Shown here: positions 29,601-36,951 of the stretch, one piece after another | Position numbering within the stretch: the first letter of the stretch is position 1 | Layout of the letters: every line of letters starts with the position of its first letter | Virus record (IMG/VR): IMGVR_UViG_3300006105_000053 | Coordinates: 1 to 36,951 of that record | Direction: 5' to 3' (one strand) | Length of the DNA stretch: 36,951 nt | Source of the DNA: a virus | Lineage: Duplodnaviria; Caudoviricetes | Made by a program: the position numbers and the translations under genes | Notes under the pieces: generated by a model | What the model saw: the letters and a program-made list of their open reading frames with translations, nothing else | What the model was told of the DNA's origin: nothing | Database searches by the model: none

Positions 29601-32600
29601 TGACAGTAATGTATATCAAGTAGCAAGCACTATTAATGCTGCTGCTATACCAGGCATCACTGCAGTTTCAAACAATGATGGAACAATTACAATAAACAGC
29701 GATGCACAAGTTGCGCACAGCAATTTGCATCTGCGTGATGAGTATGGCAGTGTTTTAGAAACTATGGGAATTGCGCAATGGCAATTGGCACAAACAATTT
29801 ATGCGCCGTTAGCACAAGATACTCTGAGATTTGGTGAACGTTTATCACTTAACCCTGATTCTACTTCACTTGTAATTGGTTCTACACTAAGCAACAACAA
29901 GATTACTACTACATTTGATGCTGCGCTAACACGCTTTGATGGTCGTGGTGTACGATTCATTGATACAATATATCGCAGTGGTGCGGCTCATCTTTATGAA
30001 TATGTGCCAAGTGCAACAGAAAGTGTTAATGATAGTGGCACATTTGTTTATGGCACCATTCTTACACATAATACTGCTAGTTCACTTGAGCGTTTTGCAA
30101 GTGGCGTAGATATTTCTAGCAATTTTATTATGGTGGGTGCACCAACTGCAAATATTCTCAATAATCCAACTGGTGCGATGTATGTTTATTATAACAAGAA
30201 CGCAAATCCAATATGGCAAACTATTCGTAGTCAGCCACAGGATTTTGATAGCAGACTAATTGAACGTGCTTATATCTATAATAGTACTACTAGCAAGTTG
30301 ATTGCTGATTTGCCTATTGTTGACCTACAGCATGGTTATCTGCCAAATAGCAGTGAAACATATCTTGATTATATTATCAATTATGATCCAGCAGTTTATA
30401 GTAATGTTCCAAGCACAGTAAGTTTCTCTTATGATCGTAAGAATAATTGGGGCAGTGAACATGTTGGTAAACTGTGGTGGGATACTAACAGTATAAAGTA
30501 TTATGATAATACACAAGGAAGCACCCTTGATAGATTTAACTTCTGGGGACTAGCGTTTCCAGCAAGTTCAGTTGTAGTATATGAATGGGTTGAAAGTGAT
30601 GTTGTGCCTAAAGATTATGCAACTACACATCCACTAACTCCACCACTTTATACTGTAAATGATGTTTACAGCACTCGTGTTATCGTTGATCCGAGTACAG
30701 GTTATGCCGTAACAAAGTATTATTTCTGGGTGCGTAATAGCACTAACAATAATAACAATCGTCCAAGCGCACTTGAAATACAGAACACTATTGCTTTCCC
30801 AAGAAATAGTGCTGCACCATTTGTTGCAGTAATGAGTACAGGTGCATTTGCTCTTTATAATGCGCAATCACTTATCGCCAATGATACAAACATTGTTATT
30901 GAATATAAGAATACTATTAAGCCGCAATTGATTCATAGTGAATGGACGTTATTTGATGATGGCACAGATTTGGGCATTGCAGTTGAGTTCTTAAACAAAC
31001 TTAATGATAGTTTGCGTGGGCAAGATAGCACTGGTCGTCAAGTTCCAGATGTTAAATTACCAATTGCTCAACGTTATGGCACTGCTATTAGACCTCGCCA
31101 GAGTGTATTCAGTGATGCAACGACTGCAAAGAAACTATTCATTGAACAGGTAAACAATTTCTGTACAATCAATCCTATTAAACTTGTTCGCAAGCAAACC
31201 ATTGAAGCACTTAACATTGCGGAAGCAGAACCGCTAAGTGATTCTTATGTAACACGTGTACAAAATACAACTGAGTTAGGATATCTTGACACAAATGTAT
31301 ATTCTATTGGTGATAGCGTTCTTGTTGCGCAGGGCATTTCTACCCTTGGTGGATGGGGTCTGTATAGATTAGTAAATTCTACAACCAATGTTCGTAGTTG
31401 GCAAGTTTATCGTGTCCAAACATATGATGTTAATGCATACTGGAGTTATGGTGATTGGTATAGTAGCAAATTCAATGCTAATATTCTACCAAAGTATACG
31501 TTAACCAGCGAAAGTGATATTACTAAGTTGTCATTATTGGTTGGTGATATCATTTATATCATTAATAGTACAGATGGCGGTTGGAAATGGGTTCTTGTAA
31601 ATGCAAATGGTCTTGAACTTCTTGCACAACAAAATGCCACAATACAGTTTAGTGCAAAACTTTATGATATTAACAGTAGCGGATTTGGTTGGCAAACCAG
31701 TAGTTTTGAAAACGTAGCCTATGCTGCAGATAGTGCTATTGAATTTGGTTATATCTTTGATATTATTAAAGACAAGTTGATGGTAAGTGAATATCGCAGT
31801 GATTATAAAACACTTGTTAAGTTAATGATTGATACTATCTCTACTCAACATCTGCAAACTGACTGGTTGATGAAGACTTCATTCGTTGACATTTATCATC
31901 GTGTTCGTGGACTTGACCCACTGCCAGTTTATCTTCCACAGCCTGAAACTATTGTAACCAGTTTCTTCAGTGAAGTTAAACCATTCCACACAAAGTTAAA
32001 GCAATATGTTGCCAAATACGATAACAGCAATGCTATTGAAATTGCGCATACAAATACTACTGACTTTGACTTGCAACCATATTATAGCACTACTAGTGGC
32101 AAGTATCGTAGTCCACAATTAAACAATGTGCTTGATACTACTGCACTCACTACTCAGGCAGTTTATCAACCATGGGTTGCTAATCATCTTTATGGTGTTG
32201 AGCGTGTAGATATTGTTAATGGTGGTGCAGGATACGGCGGAACAACCACTGTTGAGATTTTAGGCGACGGAAATGGCGCAACTGCCACTCCTATTATTAT
32301 TAGTGGAATGATTTCTAGCGTAGTTGTAACAAACAGTGGTAAAAATTATACCAATGCGAGTGCGGTTGTGCATGGTTTAGGCACAGGTGCTATCATCATT
32401 CCTATTATTGGCAATGGTTTACCACGTACATTTGATACACACATTAAGTTTGATCGTTATACATACAGCAATAGTATTGCAGATTGGGCAGCAAATACTC
32501 ATTATGCAGTTAATACAGTTGTAGTATATAATCACGAACCTTATAAGACTGTAACCGACCATACAAGTGGCAGCACATTTGACTTTACTAAGTTTATTCT

Positions 32601-34998
32601 GCTAGTTGTTAAGGTTTGGTATCCGCAAACTCAGTATGCACTTAACGATATTGTAATTTACAATAAAGTAAGTTATATTGCTACTGTTGACTTTACAAGC
32701 GGTGCTATATTTGATAGCAATAATCTAGCAAGTTATAGTGGTGCATGGCTTGACAATGCAGCAGATCGTGTTTGGGCATATTATAGTCCAAAGAGTGGCA
32801 TGGCTGGTCGTGATCTTGCGCAAGTTATGTTAGGTATGGAATATGGTGGCGTTGGTGTCAAGGGTCCAGATTTTAATCAAACACCTGGCTATGATGTTTT
32901 AAACTATGATAAGATTGCATATGACTTAAGCACGAGCGATACTGCAAATGTTATTGATGTTTATGGTCCGCAAACTGAAGACACCTACATTCGTAGTGAC
33001 TTCTTGGATAGCGGTCTTGGTCTTCGTCCACAAGATATTAATGTGGACGGCGGTCAATTCGTTGATGTCTATAGCAGTCATGCTCCAGAAGAGTTAATAC
33101 CTGGCAGAATATTTGATACACTTGATATTCGTGTAAAGACACTGCCGCTTGGAAGTAATAGCATGGATATTAAAGTATTCACTGCGCCAAGCAACAGTGG
33201 AAACTTTATTGATTATGCGGTTGCTACAACTGGTGTTTCATTCCCAATCGGTGGAATTGAAAAGTTTGTAGTACTCGACAAAGTTAAAGGACCACTTGCA
33301 GACGGTGTAGATTATACCGTAGATTGGGTTCAAGAATATATTAATTTGAATTATACTGTATCACCTAACACTTTCTTCTATGTGATAATGTTTGGTAGCA
33401 ACGGTATTAACCCAATTACCGATACCTCATTCTTTGCTGATGGTGTTCGTACAGACTTTGAATTAGATGATAATGTATTAACCGATGTTCAACAAGCATA
33501 TGTAAAAGTAAATGGTTTTGCTGTTTCAAATTGGACACTTGTTAATAAATTAGAAAATGGTAGAAATGTTCTTGCAGTTCGCTTTGATACCGCACCAAAT
33601 AACCTAGATTATATACAGATTCATCTGTATGCACTAGCACTTGGTCATCGTGCATATCAAGAATTGTATGAACAAACGTTCTTTACTAGTTCAAGCACTG
33701 TATATCCAGCAGATTATACATTTACTTTAAGTAATCCTGAAATTTATGCTGAACCTATTAGTGCATATTCAATTGTTAAGTTAAATGGTAATGGTTTAAT
33801 TCCACCACAGCAAACTTATTTTGTTGGTGATGGTATTACTACTGTATATAGTATGACAAACAGTTATGTAAAGCCGATTAGCGCAATAACCAATGGTGAA
33901 ATAACAGTTATTGTAAACAATATAACACAAACTATTGGCATTGATTATACAGTTTATCATGATAATACTAATACAGTTCCTCCTGTTATTACATTTACTG
34001 TGCCACCTATTTTAAACAGCAAGATTACAATTAGTGATAGTAGTAATAGTGATTTTAAAATCTATGGTGGTAATACCCTAATACTAAATCAGAATCTAGT
34101 AATTCCAAATAACAGTAAAATTACTATTCTTACTCAGGGTAATCATGATGCGCAGGATATGTATACCAAGATATTCAGTGGCAGCACAAGTGATAACACT
34201 ATTATTGATACAGGTTTTGATAGTGTTGGACTTGATGATCTTGGATTTGACAATGAATTAAATAATCTTACCTCTGCTATCTACTTTACATTACCACATG
34301 CAGTAACTAATATTAATCAAATTTATATTACGTACAAGGCACCTGGTACAAGCGGCGGTTATCAATTACTACCATATAATGACTTTGTATTAACAACACC
34401 AACTAGAGTACAGTTGGATAATAATCTTAACATTGCACCAACTGGCGTTATTGTTGTTAGAATATTTGGCAGTGATACTAGACATAATGCAATTGAGTAT
34501 AGAACTTTTAAAGATTTAAATGATAACACTCGTTATTATGCAGTTACTCCACAACATACTACTAAGTTGGCGGCTGATCTTGCATACGACGATGATATGA
34601 TTTATGTTGATAATGCTGCATTGTTACAAACTCCTGATCCAACTACTAATACTGCTGGTGTAGTCTTTATTGATGGCGAACGTATTACCTATGGTTATAT
34701 TGACATAGTAAATGATGCACTTGGAAATATTCGCCGTGGAACTGCTGGCACTGGTGTTCGTGATCTTTATACTGCTGGCACTACAGTGGTAGATACAAGC
34801 AGCAGTCAAGAGATACCGAACAGTCAGGATACATTTACCGTGACACCAATTGATACCTATATAACTAATGGATATAATACTCAAATATTAGTGCCTGCTG
34901 GTTCCACTATTAAACAAGGCAAGTTGTTTACTAATATCGGTGAATCATTACAAAATAGCAATACACAACAAGCAATCTTTATAAGAAGTACGACATGA
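20650..34998 (+). CDS. giant (4782 aa) baseplate wedge/adhesin protein in the gp7 position, with CBM5/12-like modules, FG-GAP-like propeller and Ig-like repeats
   Basis: Uninterrupted 14.3-kb ORF after gp6; N-terminal FLPQVFQT..N.RFL.ATLDQL, DLDKLTNYRQYYW; EVKPFHTKL; repeated modules described under findings. Confidence 0.8.
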   Translation: MAKRKSSKFLPQVFQTSSNNRFLNATLDQLIQEPALKKVYGYIGQQDQSSVFNSKDYYITENDPYAQFYQLEPGVVIKKRAVNSNTYKIDNVYNYPDLLNQVVSDGGINNNHQRMFTNRYYNYNGFVDLDKLTNYRQYYWVPNGPLSVDVTAGGTAIQNDYYVTRVSYTANNQTEQQSAAIGRSGYTIEGYSNAVNPTLTLVRGGHYNFHLGQLGFPFWIQTEIGTSGTSSIQNNISTRDVLGVVNNGNDFGTVTFNVPQKTAQDQLINLPAIQNIDMIVDVPYNQIQGVNYDTFIQTNGFDGVRAFDGKYIYINVPFDDTWDGVALAQRSGIWQVNVQPDRTMKLTFITTWPNNYKTFVTQGQQYGHTFCYKNSSGYFQQFPTISALLDTLYYVDQNNPNIYGQIRLIDPDPKSVLNVNDIIGRDHYTSPNGVQFTSGLKVKFIGLVTPGGYYGNEYIVEGVGNAIRLVKFADLVTPETINAASGGFFGNGEGYDAGGYDGNTNNPTQKDYITINRSSIDGNSWSRNNRWFHRDVLQYAANVTNQTFEFDANYQAKRPIVEFLPDFKLYSHGTSYAGPVTVVDSTITNAFAQVEGFNNYALQNNGVFITDGIQLQNGFTVLFKNDANPTVRNTIYQVQTVKTRATAVYNVITYAYSSDGTSQLYINDTTNLRIGQAVAGIVLNNSYIYGSNPYNNSTVYNTGDYVTFKNNTYRATAIQGSIATTATFTASSNNITVASATGITIGQPINVLDTYVPFGTVVTNVSGTTVTLSNNASSSGSAVNVAFTIVDTSVVPTTATLTNNSNTITVASTFGIVTGQAVFETNIPTGNSSRIPVGTIVKNINTDTNTITLSNAVTGDGTGVTVSFNTFGISPPNNTRWSLISDSNPFYPNTTITKIDSSNNIVYISSKLKNVIPSGTYIQFNNTADQINLIPYKTVQNGEAIVALDGINNQGNMFYYVDGVWNTAQIRNSRPQFPLFDIVDSNGFLLGDTASYPSSNFKGSQLFGYTIGNGARDSELGFSLKYQSIGNLGDIVFSNYYVSDTFNYNLNQIDTVVNINSGYAPFIVGWNNYTFANGWTEVSDKSKQHITKTFTATAVSFNNFDLNVVYNNSYYERNLFVSINGVLQSSGTYNITTNATTTILNLSNNLNEGDRLFVKINGISSVYKQLYTMPRNLTNNSENTEFATITLGQVRNHLIEIGNNSLDLIGPPAGSNNFRDIKYNNVGGKLLQHSASMRPAALLFSNPDVDPVRAINFASQSYQNFKNQLLDAINTKQFGNTGDYRACLDTILADFNLTANSANNFYYSDMIAGGNNYVKNTYTIQDTTYRNFNLTTNFSTKPTSYIAALVYLNGVLLVNGFDYTITNFTVSLSSSLTIARLDTLDVYEYSSTLGCNVPPTPSKLGLYPKFKPQITVDNTYASGPQTVVVGHDGSYNVAYGDYRDNILLEYEKRVYNNIAVEYQNNSDYDLISVQPGAFRKTDYSFAEWTQLLSSSFLTWSTQNNVDIFTNSTTSNNLFSFNYSSGTDKIFGDTVPGYWRGIYNYFYDTDRPHTAPWEMIGFTSEPVWWQNKYGPGPYSNQNTTMWSDLELGLVYNGAPNKSYINYRYSRPGLSRIIPTDEHGNLLPPNLTVLRSFDANAAAGAWRVGDQSPAETTWRRSSAYPFATQVAWCLARPAEYCALKYNTHDVVYNSNLNQIINTVSNNRVFNYAVTGADQYIPGLNVFIRELLISNNLDTQRNWIDVANNSTFNLVYKLSGYTDKSYITVVADQVSPQSTNTSVLIPQENYQIKVTKSAPVARAVYSAVVVQKTNTGYQVSGFDKERPYFLAIPSVINSNNYGISAGNSTAIVYRDAQNSIISFAYGTIFATEQQVVDFLISYGRYLTNSGFVFDTTLADNATISDWSLAAKEFLFWNQQQWGDNTVISLTPAGTNITFSSPYGIVDTISNDHNLTKIINSDGAVLTGRDYRVYRSDNTFTVELKDTQKGIHLIDLIVVQYEHSIVFDNSTVFNDILYDEQVGSRQYRLRLDGTKTQGWNGSFYAPGFLINYSDIDIWYSYTDYYTGDIVLFKNKYYAAQNFIPGKPKFVATDWYEINGNLLSKQLIPNMASGAAQFTNFYNPDEADLNTSADIQSKHATGFQDRQYLTDLGLDRTTQYKFYLGMIAQKGTQAVVNAFLRNKQSRIDSDITLVEQWALKLGNYGGTSNVDKLEFNIGNSTAINNQYLFEFISKNDARNTTYNSVKPQDLLLAPNTYRTDLFAKTENINTLIPYAGPVSTNDVALTTYDISKIYNISNLNGVLGESSKIWIAADSSNQWGVYRLTQTSTAYVTNVNQTSPTELTFTTNVAHGFAVLDYVMLKGARLSNVGGSNISDLSGFYRVSRVGGNVFSVKVTNNTSVSSGVLKAQVFKLVNVRYSTVRDFGAYTPARGWSNGEIIYIDNGPSGYQVLQNTPNYPLYETKSPVFTTNTDNFGTSIKINKNQNVAIVGASSKNTTGEVFVYGKNQQNVWQEVASLSPDSRIRSFGSSVDINNNNIAAIAATGGNYGSIYIATANSQSIAVTQIIHYDNAVVQSAGFTQSNAYVLVPNATSLSNFAAGMGIGGGGIPSGTKIANIGTGPQFNYFGLTTNLAVASVTLAANSSIAIYSNLTPGSKFATSMSMSTDGNWLYVGEPVNNQVFVYQYANVAASSTTRVGDGSSKTFTYPATALGQGLRSQDIKVYVNGVIQVPELDYYRDPGNDNVAFYTAPASGAAINLVYEPYFRQVNRIITTDTQASGFGFSVNTNSDGRIVAIGAPNSTITNSNVTNSGLTYIYERTIENLVASGTVNNFQLSNAFANSAALTTPYLTAFPIASVDGIIDTAASFNYATNQVTLSSYPQIDTTVSVQTNQFALIANLKTDTVKVDSNYGETVRISANNSEVYVGAPGWNSGSRGNGSVWKHVNVAKKYGSVTGTVANFIVAANSSIRINDYLVTFGQTFRPPYDPIYFDSNVYQVASTINAAAIPGITAVSNNDGTITINSDAQVAHSNLHLRDEYGSVLETMGIAQWQLAQTIYAPLAQDTLRFGERLSLNPDSTSLVIGSTLSNNKITTTFDAALTRFDGRGVRFIDTIYRSGAAHLYEYVPSATESVNDSGTFVYGTILTHNTASSLERFASGVDISSNFIMVGAPTANILNNPTGAMYVYYNKNANPIWQTIRSQPQDFDSRLIERAYIYNSTTSKLIADLPIVDLQHGYLPNSSETYLDYIINYDPAVYSNVPSTVSFSYDRKNNWGSEHVGKLWWDTNSIKYYDNTQGSTLDRFNFWGLAFPASSVVVYEWVESDVVPKDYATTHPLTPPLYTVNDVYSTRVIVDPSTGYAVTKYYFWVRNSTNNNNNRPSALEIQNTIAFPRNSAAPFVAVMSTGAFALYNAQSLIANDTNIVIEYKNTIKPQLIHSEWTLFDDGTDLGIAVEFLNKLNDSLRGQDSTGRQVPDVKLPIAQRYGTAIRPRQSVFSDATTAKKLFIEQVNNFCTINPIKLVRKQTIEALNIAEAEPLSDSYVTRVQNTTELGYLDTNVYSIGDSVLVAQGISTLGGWGLYRLVNSTTNVRSWQVYRVQTYDVNAYWSYGDWYSSKFNANILPKYTLTSESDITKLSLLVGDIIYIINSTDGGWKWVLVNANGLELLAQQNATIQFSAKLYDINSSGFGWQTSSFENVAYAADSAIEFGYIFDIIKDKLMVSEYRSDYKTLVKLMIDTISTQHLQTDWLMKTSFVDIYHRVRGLDPLPVYLPQPETIVTSFFSEVKPFHTKLKQYVAKYDNSNAIEIAHTNTTDFDLQPYYSTTSGKYRSPQLNNVLDTTALTTQAVYQPWVANHLYGVERVDIVNGGAGYGGTTTVEILGDGNGATATPIIISGMISSVVVTNSGKNYTNASAVVHGLGTGAIIIPIIGNGLPRTFDTHIKFDRYTYSNSIADWAANTHYAVNTVVVYNHEPYKTVTDHTSGSTFDFTKFILLVVKVWYPQTQYALNDIVIYNKVSYIATVDFTSGAIFDSNNLASYSGAWLDNAADRVWAYYSPKSGMAGRDLAQVMLGMEYGGVGVKGPDFNQTPGYDVLNYDKIAYDLSTSDTANVIDVYGPQTEDTYIRSDFLDSGLGLRPQDINVDGGQFVDVYSSHAPEELIPGRIFDTLDIRVKTLPLGSNSMDIKVFTAPSNSGNFIDYAVATTGVSFPIGGIEKFVVLDKVKGPLADGVDYTVDWVQEYINLNYTVSPNTFFYVIMFGSNGINPITDTSFFADGVRTDFELDDNVLTDVQQAYVKVNGFAVSNWTLVNKLENGRNVLAVRFDTAPNNLDYIQIHLYALALGHRAYQELYEQTFFTSSSTVYPADYTFTLSNPEIYAEPISAYSIVKLNGNGLIPPQQTYFVGDGITTVYSMTNSYVKPISAITNGEITVIVNNITQTIGIDYTVYHDNTNTVPPVITFTVPPILNSKITISDSSNSDFKIYGGNTLILNQNLVIPNNSKITILTQGNHDAQDMYTKIFSGSTSDNTIIDTGFDSVGLDDLGFDNELNNLTSAIYFTLPHAVTNINQIYITYKAPGTSGGYQLLPYNDFVLTTPTRVQLDNNLNIAPTGVIVVRIFGSDTRHNAIEYRTFKDLNDNTRYYAVTPQHTTKLAADLAYDDDMIYVDNAALLQTPDPTTNTAGVVFIDGERITYGYIDIVNDALGNIRRGTAGTGVRDLYTAGTTVVDTSSSQEIPNSQDTFTVTPIDTYITNGYNTQILVPAGSTIKQGKLFTNIGESLQNSNTQQAIFIRSTT

Positions 34999-35022
34999 AT
35001 AAATCAACAGTAAAAAAACCAA

Positions 35023-35028
35023 TAAATA
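35023..35028 (+). promoter_or_regulatory. late promoter motif
   Basis: AATAAATA upstream of AGGA and in-frame ATG 35061. Confidence 0.4.
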
Positions 35029-35060
35029 ACATACAGGAAAAATCCGCTAGGAAAAATGAT

Positions 35061-35681
35061 ATGAATAAACCAAACGAGCAAAGTGGCGTACTATTACAGG
35101 GTCATCTGAAGATATTTGACCCAACTAGTGGTGAAGTATTTGTTAATAAGCGCAATGCAATTCACTATGAAAATTTTAGTTTGTCACTTGCACAAAGTAT
35201 GGGTAATGTTGGTCAAGGTTGGATCAGTGAAATGGCATTTGGCAATGGCGGAACTAGTGTAGACCCAACGGGTGTTATTACATATCTTCCAACAAATACT
35301 AGCGGTAGTAATAGTTCGCTTTATAATCAAACCTATTACAAGGTTGTTGATAACAACAGCACATATAACCTTGACCCTACCAGAAATAAAATTGAAATTC
35401 GTCATACTGCTGGTACAGTGTATAGTGATATCTTTATTACTTGTACGCTAGATTATGGCGAGCCAAGTGGACAGCAAGCATTTGATAATACTACTAACCT
35501 TAATGATACATTTGTATTTGATGAACTTGGTATTAAGGCATGGAATGGCAGCACAGTAGATAATGGTAATCTTATTACTCATGTCATCTTCCATCCAATT
35601 CAAAAAAGTTTAAATCGTTTGATTCAAATTGATTATACTATTCGTGTTCAAACGCTAACCAACCTAACATCGCAGGTATAA
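35061..35681 (+). CDS. baseplate/fibre-attachment structural protein (gp8 position); start may alternatively be 34995
   Basis: GHLKIFD..GEVFVNKRNAI, MAFGNGG, TCTLDYGEPSGQ, FDELGI, THVIFHPIQKSLNRLIQIDYTIRV. Confidence 0.65.
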   Translation: MNKPNEQSGVLLQGHLKIFDPTSGEVFVNKRNAIHYENFSLSLAQSMGNVGQGWISEMAFGNGGTSVDPTGVITYLPTNTSGSNSSLYNQTYYKVVDNNSTYNLDPTRNKIEIRHTAGTVYSDIFITCTLDYGEPSGQQAFDNTTNLNDTFVFDELGIKAWNGSTVDNGNLITHVIFHPIQKSLNRLIQIDYTIRVQTLTNLTSQV

Positions 35682-35684
35682 CGA

Positions 35685-36617
35685 ATGTCATTTTATATCA
35701 ATTACACAAACGGAACACAGTTAGCAACGGTTGTAGACGGTACAGTTAATACTACTGCAGCGCCAATCACACTAATTGGTAAGAACTTTCCAACATATGG
35801 TGAGTTACTAAACCAAAACCTAGTAAGCATGTTGGAAAACTTTGCAAATGCAACTGCACCAACCTATGCACTGACAGGTCAGTTATGGTATGATAGTCTT
35901 AACAATGTATTGCAATATTATCGTGGTGGCAGTACTGCTCCTTATTGGCAAACATTAAGTAACATTGTGTTTAGTGCAACAACTCCAACTGTCGCACAAC
36001 AAAATGATCTATGGTGGGATAGCACCAACCAACAATTAAAATTCTATGACCAAATGGCATGGATTACTATTGGTCCACAAACTACCAATGATGGTTTAAA
36101 TCGTGTTAGCGGTACAAATAGTTTCATTGTACAAATTGGTGGCAATAATCTATTCACTGTTGATGCTTATGGACGTGTAAATGCTGGTTATAATCCTATA
36201 GTTCAAGGTACTGGCCGTGCTAGTGGAACTGTTTTTACTGGCAGTGGTCTGCTAGTTCCGGGTACATGGATTCCAAGCACTGTTAGTATTAATATAGGTA
36301 CTAACTTTAACGCTTCAACTGGTATCTTTACTTGTCCTGCTGCTGGCATTTATGAAGTAACAGGTACAGTAATTAGTTTAGGATATAGTCCAGAAACCAC
36401 ACAACAAATGAACTGGTGGAAAAATGGTAGTGATACAGGAATCAGTGCTCGTGCTAAAAATATTAGTAGCGGTGCAAATAGTTCCATCATTCCAATGACT
36501 GCAACAGGTTTCATACAGTGTGCGGCTGGTGATACCATTCAATTAGTCGTTGCTGCTGATAGCAGTGGTGTAATTGATTATCAAAACAGCAGTATGGGCA
36601 TTCGTCTCGTTCAGTAA
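35685..36617 (+). CDS. short fibre-like virion protein: baseplate-anchoring N-terminus plus C-terminal C1q-like domain
   Basis: N-terminal LIGKNFPTYGELLNQNLVSMLENFA..P...GQLWYD; C-terminal NIGTNFNASTGIFTCPAAGIYEV...CAAGDTIQL (C1q signature). Confidence 0.7.
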   Translation: MSFYINYTNGTQLATVVDGTVNTTAAPITLIGKNFPTYGELLNQNLVSMLENFANATAPTYALTGQLWYDSLNNVLQYYRGGSTAPYWQTLSNIVFSATTPTVAQQNDLWWDSTNQQLKFYDQMAWITIGPQTTNDGLNRVSGTNSFIVQIGGNNLFTVDAYGRVNAGYNPIVQGTGRASGTVFTGSGLLVPGTWIPSTVSINIGTNFNASTGIFTCPAAGIYEVTGTVISLGYSPETTQQMNWWKNGSDTGISARAKNISSGANSSIIPMTATGFIQCAAGDTIQLVVAADSSGVIDYQNSSMGIRLVQ

Positions 36618-36621
36618 TTCC

Positions 36622-36629
36622 TATAAATA
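36622..36629 (+). promoter_or_regulatory. T4 consensus late promoter TATAAATA
   Basis: Exact TATAAATA in the intergenic gap, then AGGAAGG SD and ATG 36646. Confidence 0.7.
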
Positions 36630-36645
36630 AACTAGGAAGGTTTGA

Positions 36646-36951
36646 ATGAGTTATAATGTTTATCACACCGATGGTGCACTGCTAACAACCGTTAATGATG
36701 GTTCTCTTAACACTGTTACGAGCATAAGTTTAGTTGGCATCGGATATGCCAATTACAGCGAAACTATTTCAGAAAGTTTCGTTCATCTTATGGAAAATTT
36801 TGCGAGTGCAGTTAGTCCGCTTTCTCCACTTGTAGGTCAACTCTGGTGGGATAAAACCAATGGACATCTTAATGTCTATGATGGCACACAATTTAAAAGT
36901 ATTAACCCAACTACAATAAGTGCAACAACGCCTACCGATGCGGTAAATGGT
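36646..36951 (+). CDS. fibre/baseplate protein paralogous to 35685-36617 (partial, runs off the window; absent from the ORF track)
   Basis: MSYNVYHTDGALLTTVNDGSLNTVTSISLVGIGYANYSETISESFVHLMENFASAVSPLSPLVGQLWWDKTNG aligns by eye with the N-terminus of the preceding gene. Confidence 0.85.
   Translation, partial: MSYNVYHTDGALLTTVNDGSLNTVTSISLVGIGYANYSETISESFVHLMENFASAVSPLSPLVGQLWWDKTNGHLNVYDGTQFKSINPTTISATTPTDAVNG

Noticed and set aside
20650-34998. Intein or homing endonuclease as the reason for the giant ORF length
   Set aside because: No C...HN splice motifs or LAGLIDADG/HNH signatures recognised; the length is explained by structural repeat modules
1-36951. Stop-codon reassignment, CRISPR array or diversity-generating retroelement
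   Set aside because: Genes up to 14 kb are open in the standard code with dense packing; no spaced direct repeats, reverse transcriptase or near-identical TR/VR pair seen by eye

Overview
AT-rich dsDNA from a large T4-related (jumbo-like) myophage, standard genetic code. The left ~8.3 kb (minus strand) holds gp55-like late sigma factor, gp47 (Mre11/SbcD), gp46 (Rad50/SbcC) and a PD-(D/E)XK Holliday-junction resolvase. A visibly AT-richer, overlap-coupled three-gene cassette (128-aa unknown, cobalamin-dependent radical SAM enzyme, 2OG-Fe(II) oxygenase-like protein) sits between gp46 and the resolvase. A PP-loop (SGGSDS) ATP-pyrophosphatase gene missing from the ORF track follows and runs off the window edge, preceded by a structured GC-rich non-coding stretch. 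The right ~28.6 kb (plus strand) is a baseplate module: gp48/54-like, gp53-like, hub, gp5-like spike, gp25, gp6, a 4782-aa wedge/adhesin, and fibre-like proteins. Best leads: (1) the B12-rSAM + 2OG-Fe + PP-loop modification locus with a possible late small RNA; (2) promoters placed 5-7 nt before ATG (leaderless mRNAs) for both host-sigma and late promoters, including overlapping divergent promoters at gp55; (3) matched duplications in both coiled-coil arms of gp46; (4) nested domains and a 7-bladed FG-GAP-like propeller in the giant protein. All calls come from motif recognition by eye; no searches were run.
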